Source: Desulfobacterales bacterium (lineage in GTDB: Bacteria > Desulfobacterota > Desulfobacteria > Desulfobacterales > UBA2174). From it: DNA of 10,725 bases. The notes below the pieces were generated by a model. The model searched no databases. It saw nothing but the letters and a program-made list of their open reading frames with translations, and had not been told where the DNA came from. This document shows positions 1-8,208 of the stretch, in pieces. The DNA lies in NCBI GenBank assembly GCA_963668645.2, contig CAXXWC010000011.1, positions 1 to 10,725 of the forward strand. The letters run 5' to 3'. The translations under genes were made by a program, and so were the position numbers. Each line of letters begins with the position of its first letter. The first letter of the stretch is position 1.

Positions 1-1980
1 GCCATAGGGCAGACAGGCGCCGATCAGGAGCCGGTTGGGCCGCTGGCGCCGGATCGTTTTTTCGAGATCGGTCCAGCCCTCGGCCGTGCAAAGGCGTTCC
101 TGGAAATGGACCTGATCCACGGCGGGATCACGGGTCAGGTGGGCCTCCAGGGCTTGGCGGTCGATCCGTTCGGCAACGGCACCGTCGCAGGTGCAGACCG
201 CCACCAGGGTGCGCGGAAGCTGCCGGCTGACGTTCTCGTAGGCCGGGGCTTCGGATTCTTTGATGCCGATGCTGCCGCCGGCGCTGTGAATGGTCTGGGA
301 GGCGGCCAGAGCGGCCGCACTGGCCTGAATGACGGATTCGCTGATATCCTTCAAACCGGCAAACGAGCCCGAGGCCACGATACCGGGACGCGCGGTGCGG
401 GTCAGGGAGAAGGGTTCGGTGCGGGCAAAGCCCCAGGGATTCTCCCCGATGCCCAGGGTTTCCATGAGGGCCTGGGCGCCCTCGGCGGGCCGCTGGCCGA
501 TGCTCAGGACCACCAGATCGGCATGGTCGACCTGTACCGTGCCGTCGGTCTGCACCCAGCGGATTTGAAGATCGTCGGTCGTTTGGTCCGGAACCACGGT
601 ATGCACGCGCCCGCGTTTGAAGGCCACCCCTTCGGCTTCCGAACGGTCCCGGTAGCGCTGGAAGGACTTGCCGAAGGTGCGCATGTCCATGTAGTAGATC
701 GCGGTGTCGATGGAAGCCCCGGCTTCGGCGGCCCGCCGACGCGCCACCATGGCCTCCTTGATGGCGTACATGCAGCAGATGGTGGAACAAAAATCGGCGT
801 CGCTCTGGATATCCCGCGAGCCCACGCACTGGAGCCAGGCGATGGAACGCACGGGACGCCCGTCCGAGGGCCGTACCAGCTTGCCGGCCGAGGGCCCGGT
901 GCCACTGAGCAGACGCTCGAATTCGATGCTCGTCACGACATCCGGCAGGGTGGCATAGCCGTAGGTGTCTTTGCCCTGAGCGGGGTCATAGTAGCTGGTG
1001 CCACCGCTGACCACGATGGCCCCCACCTCCAACTCGGGGCCGGCCGGCGTGCTCAGGGCCTGATAGATTTGGATGATCTTGGGAATCAGAGCATCCGGGT
1101 CGAAGGGCTTGATAAGGTAGTCCAGGGCCCCGATCTTCATGGCCTCCACCGCGGTTTCTACGGTGGCGTAAGCCGTCATCATCACCACGGGCAGTTCCGG
1201 AAAGAGGTCCTTGGCCTTCTGGAGAACCTCCACCCCGTCCATGCCGGGCATCTTGATGTCGAGCAGCATGAGCTGGCAGCCCTCATTCTTGATATGCTCC
1301 AAGGCTTGGGCACCGCTCTCGGCCATGCTCACCGCAAACCCTCCCTCCACTTCGAGCCATTCCTTGAGGGAGTCGCGTACGATCAGCTCGTCGTCCACCA
1401 CCAGAATTTTGAAATTCTGTCGGCCTTCGTCTTTCAGCTGAATCGCTCCGGTGGGGCAGGCCTTCTGGCAGGCGCCGCACTGGTTGCAGACCGCGGGATC
1501 GATGCGGTAGGCATTGGGGATCGCATGGGGTACCGGCAGATAGATGGCCTTGCGTTTGGCCAGGCCGGCGTTGAAGCGGTCTTCTGTTTCCACCGGGCAG
1601 ACGTCTACGCATTTGCCGCAGCCGATGCATAGTCCCGGGTCCACCGGATTGTTCTCCTGGCGCAGGGTGACTTTGAACTGGCCGGGTTCGCCTTCCACCG
1701 AGGCCAGCTGCGTGGAAAGACGGATATCGATATTGTCGTGGAACAGGCCCTTGCGCAGGCAGAACTGGGAGCCGGCATCCCGCTCCACCAGCGGCAGCAT
1801 TTTGCACATGCCGCAGCGGTCGGTCGGGAATTGGTAGTCCAGCTGGCTCAAGATGCCGCCGATATGCGGCGCGCGCTCGACGAGGGTGACCCCATAGCCG
1901 AATTCCGCAAGGTCCAGGGCGGCACGAATACCGCTGATGCCGGCGCCGATCACAAGTGCCTTGCCGATTTTCGTCTGCAT
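1..1980 (-). CDS. hdrA: HdrA-like FAD/Fe-S oxidoreductase with an internal response-regulator receiver domain (3'-truncated by window edge, >=660 aa)
   Basis: Not in ORF track because no stop codon lies in the window. Manual translation from ATG at 1980 (RBS-like GGAGAGAG upstream) is open to base 1. Motifs in order: MQTKIGKALVIGAGISG (FAD GxGxxG); DYQFPTDRCGMC; ferredoxin motifs CIGCGKCVDVCP and CNQCGACQKACP; receiver domain KILVVDDE..LLDIKMP..MMTAY..YLIKPF; HdrA core VTSIEFERLLSGTGP, QCVGSRD, CSTICCMYA, YYMDMRTFGK, KDISESVIQASAAA; then VCTCDG..LCT..NRLLIGAC. Confidence 0.93.
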   Translation of the reverse strand, partial: MQTKIGKALVIGAGISGIRAALDLAEFGYGVTLVERAPHIGGILSQLDYQFPTDRCGMCKMLPLVERDAGSQFCLRKGLFHDNIDIRLSTQLASVEGEPGQFKVTLRQENNPVDPGLCIGCGKCVDVCPVETEDRFNAGLAKRKAIYLPVPHAIPNAYRIDPAVCNQCGACQKACPTGAIQLKDEGRQNFKILVVDDELIVRDSLKEWLEVEGGFAVSMAESGAQALEHIKNEGCQLMLLDIKMPGMDGVEVLQKAKDLFPELPVVMMTAYATVETAVEAMKIGALDYLIKPFDPDALIPKIIQIYQALSTPAGPELEVGAIVVSGGTSYYDPAQGKDTYGYATLPDVVTSIEFERLLSGTGPSAGKLVRPSDGRPVRSIAWLQCVGSRDIQSDADFCSTICCMYAIKEAMVARRRAAEAGASIDTAIYYMDMRTFGKSFQRYRDRSEAEGVAFKRGRVHTVVPDQTTDDLQIRWVQTDGTVQVDHADLVVLSIGQRPAEGAQALMETLGIGENPWGFARTEPFSLTRTARPGIVASGSFAGLKDISESVIQASAAALAASQTIHSAGGSIGIKESEAPAYENVSRQLPRTLVAVCTCDGAVAERIDRQALEAHLTRDPAVDQVHFQERLCTAEGWTDLEKTIRRQRPNRLLIGACLPYG
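1054..1413 (-). other. CheY-like receiver (REC) domain embedded in the HdrA-like CDS (approx. aa 190-309)
   Basis: Acidic pocket D196-D197-E198 (1387-1395), phosphoacceptor D241 (1258-1260, LLDIKMPGMDG), T269 (1174-1176, MMTAYA), K291-P292 (1105-1110, YLIKPF). Domain boundaries are approximate. Confidence 0.93.
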
Positions 1981-2094
1981 AGATGCTCTCTCCACCGGTT
2001 GTTGCCGTCCGGCGCGGGAAGTGCCGGTATTCACCCCAGGCGAGCGTGCGCCACGCCCTGGTCCCCCGCCGGTTGCGCCAGGGGAAATGCGTGG

Positions 2095-3234
2095 CTAGAG
2101 GCCCACCACTTCCTGGAATTCATCCTCCTTGAACTCCGACAGCGGCGGCTTTTCCGTCACATCGCGGCCGGCTTCGTAGGCAAAGGCGTCCTGGGTGCGA
2201 TGGGCCACCAGCCGGAAGAGCTCCATCACCGGAATGTCGTTGGGACAGGCATTGGAGCACTGGCCGCAGCCCACGCAGGCCGTGCTCATGTGGGTGAGGC
2301 GTGTCAGGTGATAAAAAACCGTGTCCGTGGGCATTTTGACGGCGCCCTTACGCTGGGCCCAGCGCAGATACTGGGCCGGTTCGTGATTGAAGACATCCGT
2401 CACGAACACGCATTCCTTGCAGTAGCAGACCGGACAGGCCACCCGGCAATTGTAGCAGTTGACGCAATTGGCCAGATAGGCGTTGAGTTTCTCGATGCTG
2501 TCGGTGGCCGCCGCCGTGGCGGCAAACATCTCGTCCCGGTGGGCCGTGCGGGTTTCACGCAGCTTTTTAAGCGCTTCCTGGCGTTTGGCCGGGACTTCGC
2601 CGGCCGGCAGCCCCATCTGCTGCAAGAGTTGCTCCCCGGCCGGGGTTTGCGCTTCCACCAGCAGGTGCCGGTTGGTGTCGACGCCCCACAAACCGATGGC
2701 GATGTCCGCCACGGTGGGGATCGAGGCTTCACAGGCCTGGCAGGCGGCGGTCAGCTCGATACCGTCCAGGGCGCCGTTCTGACCGGACAGCATGGCCTCG
2801 GTGAAGCGGCGTGTGGCCGCCTCGGCATCGTCGCCCGCGAAGCGGAAATAATCGGTGTTGCGCAAGGCCCCCAGACAGTCCAGGCCGATCAATACGACGT
2901 CCTCGGTGCGGGCCTGCTTGAGCTTGACGAGCTCAATGAAGGCGCGCATTTCACAAGGGCGCAGGAGGGCCGCGATCTTGCCCCCGGAGGGGCGGCGGGT
3001 CAGCTTGGCCAGCACCTTGGCCCCGTTCATGGGAAAGGCCGGGGAGAGGGGATCCAGCCCGTCCAGGTGCGCCGGATCGGTCACCAGGGTGGGCATCACC
3101 ATGCCTTTCGTGGGAAGCCGCTGGGGGACCAAGATGGCTTGGATGGCCTCCTGTTCGAGAAGGGTGGTAGCAAATGTCTTCAAACTTGCCAGCAGATCCT
3201 GCTGACTGACGTCAATGGTTGCGGTGATCGCCAT
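2095..3234 (-). CDS. FdhB/FrhB-family (F420-dehydrogenase beta subunit-like) 4Fe-4S protein, 379 aa
   Basis: LRPCEMRA and LIGLDC motifs, ACQAC, and two ferredoxin motifs CVNCYNCRVACPVCYC and CVGCGQCSNACP. The layout resembles methanogen FdhB. GGAGGA RBS upstream. Confidence 0.8.
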   Translation of the reverse strand: MAITATIDVSQQDLLASLKTFATTLLEQEAIQAILVPQRLPTKGMVMPTLVTDPAHLDGLDPLSPAFPMNGAKVLAKLTRRPSGGKIAALLRPCEMRAFIELVKLKQARTEDVVLIGLDCLGALRNTDYFRFAGDDAEAATRRFTEAMLSGQNGALDGIELTAACQACEASIPTVADIAIGLWGVDTNRHLLVEAQTPAGEQLLQQMGLPAGEVPAKRQEALKKLRETRTAHRDEMFAATAAATDSIEKLNAYLANCVNCYNCRVACPVCYCKECVFVTDVFNHEPAQYLRWAQRKGAVKMPTDTVFYHLTRLTHMSTACVGCGQCSNACPNDIPVMELFRLVAHRTQDAFAYEAGRDVTEKPPLSEFKEDEFQEVVGL

Positions 3235-3296
3235 GGCTCCTCCATGCTCGCAATTGTAAGCGCGGTCGGGTGAGACCGCCGTTCCAGCCCGTCCGG

Positions 3297-3719
3297 TTAA
3301 ACCGCCTTTGACAGTTTGGCCTGGCTCGGTCCCAGGGCCTTGAGTTCCTTGACGAGCTCCCGCATGACTTCGGCGAACTCGATGCCGTCACTGGCGCCGA
3401 TCCAGGTCAGCCGCAGGCGTTCGGGCTCGAAACCGAACTGGGGCAGAATTTCCTTGAGCAGCTTGATGCGCCTGCGGGCCTTGTAATTGCCGTTGATGTA
3501 ATGGCAGTCGCCGGGGTGGCAGCCGCTCACCAGGACGCCGTCGGCCCCTTCCAGGAGGGCCTTGATCACGTACTGGGGGTCCACCATGCCCGTGCACATG
3601 ACCCGGATCAGCCGGACATTCTTGGGGTAGCTCAGGCGCGACGTGCCGGCCAGGTCGGCGGCCGTGTAGGTACACCAGTTGCAGACAAAAGCGACAACGA
3701 CGGGTTCGAAATCTTCCAT
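3297..3719 (-). CDS. mvhD: MvhD/FlxD-like [2Fe-2S] hydrogenase iron-sulfur subunit, 140 aa
   Basis: Family motifs FVCNWCTY, RVMCTG, GADGVLVSGCHPGDCHYINGN, ERLRLTWIGASDG. GGAGG RBS upstream. Confidence 0.95.
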   Translation of the reverse strand: MEDFEPVVVAFVCNWCTYTAADLAGTSRLSYPKNVRLIRVMCTGMVDPQYVIKALLEGADGVLVSGCHPGDCHYINGNYKARRRIKLLKEILPQFGFEPERLRLTWIGASDGIEFAEVMRELVKELKALGPSQAKLSKAV

Positions 3720-3755
3720 GTTTTCCTCCGCTTCGATAGGCGTGACAGGGCCGGG

Positions 3756-6700
3756 CTATTGCCCGACCACCTTTAGGGCATCCATCAGGCCCTCGAATTC
3801 CGCAAAAACCTGTTGCTTGTTGAAATGGGCCACCTGCGCGGCGCCGCTCGGGCAGAACCCCGAGCAGCTCCCGCAGCCCTTGCAGACCGCTTCATTGACC
3901 ACCGAGACGCCCCGACGCTCGTCGAATTCGATGGCGCCATAGGGGCACAGGCCGATACAGGTCTGGCAGCCGGCACAGATGTCCGGATCGATCCAGGATA
4001 TGGCCGACGGTACGGCCACCTCGCCCCGCGTGGCCAGGGAGAGGGCCTTGGCCGCGGCCCCCGAGGCCTGGGAGACCGTGTCCGGGATGTCTTTGGGCGA
4101 CTGGCACACCCCGGCCAGAAAGACGCCGTCCGTAGCCGTGTTGAGGGGGCCCAGTTTGGGGTGCTCTTCGAGGAAAAACCCGTCCGAGCCGATATTGACC
4201 CCGAAGATGCGACCCACGTCCACGGCGTCGCTGCGGGCCTGGATGGCCGAGCACAGAACAACCATGTCCACCGGGAGGCGCAGACGCTTGCCCAGCAGGG
4301 TGTCTTCGGCAATCGCCACCAGCTTGCCCTCTTCCTCCGGCGACTGGGCCTGATCGCTGATCTCGGCCACCTTGCCGCGGATGAAGGTAGTGCCTTCCTC
4401 CTGGCAGCGGCGGTAAAACTCCTCGTAGCCTTCCCCGAAGCAACGCATGTCGATGTAGAAGTCGTAGACCTTGGTATGATGGCCGACCTTTTCCTTGATC
4501 AGGTGGGAGTATTTGAGGGCATACATGCAGCAGACCCGGGAACAGTATTCGTGGTAGTTGACGTCCCGGCTGCCCACACAGTGTACGAGGGCCACGCTTT
4601 CGGGCGGACGGACGAAGCTGCCGTCGGGCTCACGCATCAGGATCTTGCCCCCTGTGGGACCGGTGGCATTGCTCAGACGTTCGAACTCCAGGCTCGTAAA
4701 GACATTCGTCAGGCGGCCGTAGCCATACTGCTTCATGGGGGTCGGATCGAGCAGGTCGTAACCTGTGGCCAGAATGATGCTGCCCACTTTGACTTCGATT
4801 TCTTCGGGCTCCTGGGTGTGATCGATGGCTTTGGCCTCGCAGACCTTGACGCATTCCATGCATTCCGAGCAGACCCCGCAGTTGAGGCAGCGTTCTGCTT
4901 CGCGGCGGGCCTGGTCTTCGGAAAGACCAATGGATTCCTCCTCGAAACCGGCTACCCGCACGGCCCAGTCAAGATGCGTGATGTGCTCGCGGGCCAGCGG
5001 GGCACAGTCCACTGGAATATCGCTCCAGGTGCATTCCGCGGACGGCTTGGCGCCGGGGAGGGCCTTGGCGGACGCTTTGTCCGAGCGGGCCTCGGCCTTG
5101 CCTTCCGGGCGGCCTTCCAAATGGCGGATCATGTTTTCCACCGCCCGGTGGGTCGCGCCGACGGCTTCCACCACGGTGGCCGGGCCGCTTACCGCATCCC
5201 CGGCCGCAAAGACGTGGGACTGGCTGGTCTGCTGCGTGACCGGATCGGCTACGATCAGATTGCGGGGCGTGCAGTCCAGGGTGCAGGTGGGATCCTGCCA
5301 GGAGAGATCCACCCGCTGGCCGATGGCCGGGATGACGGCATCGCATTCGATGACAAATTCGCTGCCTTCAACGGGTACCGGGCGTCTTCGTCCGCTGGCG
5401 TCGGGCGCACCCAGTTCGTTGGTGATACAGCGGATGCCAACGACCGCGCCGTTTTTCTGGATAACTTCCAGGGGCGAGGTGAGAAAGTGAAAAGCAATGC
5501 CTTCTTCTCGGGCGCCCTTGATCTCTTCCTCTTCGGCCGGCATCTCGGCCTCGGTGCGGCGATAGACCAGGGTGACCTTCTCGGCCCCCAGGCGTTTGGC
5601 CACCCGCACCGCGTCGATGGCCACGTTGCCGCCGCCGATCACCACCACATTACGACCCGGGCTGGGTTTGCGTTCCAGATTGGCGTCGCGCAGGAAGCAG
5701 ACCGCATCCACCACCTGCTCACACTCGGCTTCGCCGGGGATGCCCAGTTTCATGCATTCCTGGGCCCCGATGCCCAGAAATACGGCATCGTAGCCGTCGG
5801 CTTGCAGGGATTCCAAGGTGATGTCAGCGCCAAAACGCACGCCGGTGCGGGTATCGACGCCCAGCCGCAGGATATAGCCGATCTCGCGGTCCAACACTTC
5901 CGGCGGCAGCCGGTAGTCCGGAATGCCCACCCGCAGCATGCCGCCCAACTGGTCCTGGGCTTCGAAAAGGGTCACCTGGTAGCCGGCCTTGCGCAGATCG
6001 AAGGCCGCGGTCAGACCGGCCGGGCCGGATCCGATGACCGCCACCTTCTGTTCCTTCTCTTCGATGGGAGGCAGCTCCAGGGTTTCCATGTCCACCTGGT
6101 CGGCGGCGAAGCGCTTCAGATCGCGGATGGCGATGGGCGCATCTACGTCCTGGCGCCGGCACTGACTTTCACAGGGGTGCGGGCAAACCCGTCCCAGGAC
6201 GCCGGGCAGGGGGATTTTCTCCATGATGAGCTGCAGGGCTTCCTTGTACTTGCCCATCTTGATGAGCTGGACATAGCCCTGGACGTTGGCGTGGGCCGGG
6301 CAGGCCCCCACGCAGGGCGCCCGGTCCTTTTTGTCGATGCAAAAGGTGATCGGCACGGCCTGGGGGAAGGCGCGGTAGACGGCTTTGCGATCGCCGAGGC
6401 CTTCGTCCCATTCGCTGGGCAGGGTAACCGGGCAGGCCTTAGTGCACTCCCCGCAGCCGGTGCAGACACCCTCCTTGATGTAGCGCGGCTTGCGTTCGAT
6501 CTTGACGGTATAGTTGCCGATATAGCCGGAGACTTCCTTGACCTCGCTGTAGGAGAGGAGGTGGATGTTGGGATTTTGGGCCACCTCCACCATCTTGGGA
6601 GTCCCGATGCAGGCGGCGCAGTCCAGGGTGGGGAAGGTCTTGTCGAACTGCAGCATGTGACCGCCGATGGTGGTACTTTTTTCGACGAGATAGGTCTGGT

Positions 6701-7193
6701 GCCCTGAAGCGCCGATGTCCAGCGCGGCCTGCATGCCGGCGATGCCGCCGCCCACCACCATGATGTCAGGATGCACCGACACGCGGCGGCTTTCCAGTTC
6801 GTGGTGGTAGCGTACGCGGTTAATGGCCGCCGCCGCCAGTGTTTTGGCCTTCAGGGTGGCCTCGTCCTCGTCCAGGGTCACCCATGAGACCTGTTCGCGC
6901 ACCGAGGCCATTTGGAAGAGGTAAGGGTTGATCCCGGCCCGTTTGCAAGCCCCCTGGAAGGTCTTTTCATGCATACGCGGGGAGCAGGAGGCCACCACTA
7001 CCCGGTTGAGACCGTATTCGCCGATATCTTTCTCGATCATTTCCTGTCCCGGGTCCGAACACATGAACTTGTAATCCCGGGACACCACGACATTGGGCAG
7101 CTGACGTACAAAGTCGGCCACTTCCTCCACCCGGACTTTGTAGGCGATGTTGATCCCACAATGGCAGATGTAAAAACCGATTTTTAGTGCCAT
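3756..7193 (-). CDS. hdrA: Large HdrA-family (HdrL-type) flavoprotein with an inserted GltD/NfnB-like NAD(P)H:FAD oxidoreductase module, 1145 aa
   Basis: N-terminal ICHCGINI..CS..VVASCSP domain; GGGIAG; DKTFPTLDCAACI; CTGCGECTKACP. Inserted module PCVGACP..RVCPHPCESQC, GSGPAG, GGGNVA, AAGD. Then CSECMECVKVC, HCVGSRD, CSRVCCMYALK, and C-terminal CAGCQTCIGLCP and CKGCGSCSGFCP. AGGAGAGAGG RBS upstream. Confidence 0.93.
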   Translation of the reverse strand: MALKIGFYICHCGINIAYKVRVEEVADFVRQLPNVVVSRDYKFMCSDPGQEMIEKDIGEYGLNRVVVASCSPRMHEKTFQGACKRAGINPYLFQMASVREQVSWVTLDEDEATLKAKTLAAAAINRVRYHHELESRRVSVHPDIMVVGGGIAGMQAALDIGASGHQTYLVEKSTTIGGHMLQFDKTFPTLDCAACIGTPKMVEVAQNPNIHLLSYSEVKEVSGYIGNYTVKIERKPRYIKEGVCTGCGECTKACPVTLPSEWDEGLGDRKAVYRAFPQAVPITFCIDKKDRAPCVGACPAHANVQGYVQLIKMGKYKEALQLIMEKIPLPGVLGRVCPHPCESQCRRQDVDAPIAIRDLKRFAADQVDMETLELPPIEEKEQKVAVIGSGPAGLTAAFDLRKAGYQVTLFEAQDQLGGMLRVGIPDYRLPPEVLDREIGYILRLGVDTRTGVRFGADITLESLQADGYDAVFLGIGAQECMKLGIPGEAECEQVVDAVCFLRDANLERKPSPGRNVVVIGGGNVAIDAVRVAKRLGAEKVTLVYRRTEAEMPAEEEEIKGAREEGIAFHFLTSPLEVIQKNGAVVGIRCITNELGAPDASGRRRPVPVEGSEFVIECDAVIPAIGQRVDLSWQDPTCTLDCTPRNLIVADPVTQQTSQSHVFAAGDAVSGPATVVEAVGATHRAVENMIRHLEGRPEGKAEARSDKASAKALPGAKPSAECTWSDIPVDCAPLAREHITHLDWAVRVAGFEEESIGLSEDQARREAERCLNCGVCSECMECVKVCEAKAIDHTQEPEEIEVKVGSIILATGYDLLDPTPMKQYGYGRLTNVFTSLEFERLSNATGPTGGKILMREPDGSFVRPPESVALVHCVGSRDVNYHEYCSRVCCMYALKYSHLIKEKVGHHTKVYDFYIDMRCFGEGYEEFYRRCQEEGTTFIRGKVAEISDQAQSPEEEGKLVAIAEDTLLGKRLRLPVDMVVLCSAIQARSDAVDVGRIFGVNIGSDGFFLEEHPKLGPLNTATDGVFLAGVCQSPKDIPDTVSQASGAAAKALSLATRGEVAVPSAISWIDPDICAGCQTCIGLCPYGAIEFDERRGVSVVNEAVCKGCGSCSGFCPSGAAQVAHFNKQQVFAEFEGLMDALKVVGQ

Positions 7194-7288
7194 AGACCTC
7201 TCTCCTGATTGGGGCGGGGAACGCGGTAATTCCTGGCGCTACTCCCATGGCTATGGTTCTGTTTCACCCTGGGTCCGTGTGTGAAGTG

Positions 7289-7792
7289 TCAAGGTGAAGA
7301 CGTTGACGGATCCCTGGACGGATTGGAAGAAGATGGTTCAAGCGCTTCGTCGCCGGACGTCGATTCGATCAAAGGGGATGCCCTGGATCCGGTCAAACGC
7401 GCCACTGTGTCCACCAACTCGCCGATATCCGGGGGGGTTTGGAGAAACGCCTCCGGCTCGGGGGCCTCACGGCCTCCAAAAGCGCCGGCCTGGGAACGGA
7501 AGCGGAAAAGAATATCGCGGCTTACCGATGACAGCATGATGACCGGCACGTCCCGGAAGGCGATCTCGGATTTGAAATGCCGATAGAGGCAGAAGCCCTC
7601 TTCGCCGCACATCATGCAGTTCAGGATGATGCAGCTGGGTTTTTCCCGCTCGGCCATCTTGACGCCTTCGGGTTTGCTTCCGGCCAGCAAGGGTTTGTAT
7701 CCATTGGCCTGCATCAGCGAACGCAACAAGAGGGCCTGATTCTTGTCATCGTCGACGATCAGGACCCGCTTTTTGGTGCGACTGGCAGACAA
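7289..7792 (-). CDS. Stand-alone atypical (pseudo-)receiver domain protein, about 167 aa
   Basis: CheY-like pattern RVLIVDDD..KPSCIILNCMM..VPVIMLSS..AFLQTPP. The probable start is TTG at 7792, preceded by AAGGGAG. The ORF-track ATG at 7843 is the alternative start. Confidence 0.82.
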   Translation of the reverse strand: MSASRTKKRVLIVDDDKNQALLLRSLMQANGYKPLLAGSKPEGVKMAEREKPSCIILNCMMCGEEGFCLYRHFKSEIAFRDVPVIMLSSVSRDILFRFRSQAGAFGGREAPEPEAFLQTPPDIGELVDTVARLTGSRASPLIESTSGDEALEPSSSNPSRDPSTSSP

Positions 7793-7966
7793 GGCAACTC
7801 CCTTGAATAGGATCGGACGCGCTGAAAGCGAACTGTGCGTCATGCAACCTGCTATGTTGAAAGACGCTCCGACGAAAGTGCAAAGGACATAAAACGTGGT
7901 GGCGGTAATGTGCTGACGTTGTAAAATGGACTGATAGGCGTCGCCGGATGTTTTAGCAGAAACCTA

Positions 7967-7983
7967 GGCATAAAATGTGCCAA
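7967..7983 (-). promoter_or_regulatory. sigma54 (-24/-12) promoter driving the receiver-hdr cluster
   Basis: The minus strand reads TTGGCACATTTTATGCC. This is TGGCAC with GG-N10-GC spacing, close to the consensus TGGCACG-N4-TTGC, and sits in an AT-rich gap oriented toward the cluster. Confidence 0.72.
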
Positions 7984-8140
7984 GATATCTTTATGAAGAT
8001 ATAAAAATAATAAAAACAATAGGATAGGTATGAATAAGGGGTGGTGCAAAGGAAAATCAGGTCAGATGGTCAAGATGGCATGCAATGTATTGATGCCAAA
8101 GGCAATCCTGATAAAAACAACCCGTTGCGGTGTAGCAGGA

Positions 8141-8169
8141 GTTGCGCAACATAATGTTGCATTGCAACA
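8141..8169. promoter_or_regulatory. Overlapping palindromes, candidate enhancer (activator binding) sites
   Basis: GTTGCGCAAC (8141-8150), GCAACAT-A-ATGTTGC (8146-8160) and TGTTGCA-T-TGCAACA (8155-8169), about 160-190 bp upstream of the sigma54 motif. Confidence 0.55.
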
Positions 8170-8208
8170 CTTGGATCGAAAGGAAAAATGTGTTTCCCCG
8201 TCCGGGAT

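Noticed and set aside
1054..1413. REC as a separate gene or frameshift artefact
   Set aside because: The frame is continuous on both sides with HdrA motifs, and there is no stop codon at either junction.
106..6707. Long plus-strand ORFs (106-1632, 1738-3273, 3813-6707) and similar ones such as 8902-9855
   Set aside because: These are antisense shadows of motif-rich minus-strand genes in GC-rich DNA and show no recognisable motifs.
3297..7193. Possible selenocysteine (TGA) recoding in HdrA or MvhD
   Set aside because: The Cys motifs that carry Sec in some homologues (DCAACI, CNWC, GCHPGDC) are all Cys codons here. There is no in-frame TGA in these genes or in the 1-1980 ORF.
7431..7437. G7 homopolymer in the pseudo-receiver gene as a phase-variation tract
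   Set aside because: It is short, explained by Thr-Pro-Pro codons, and the frame is intact.
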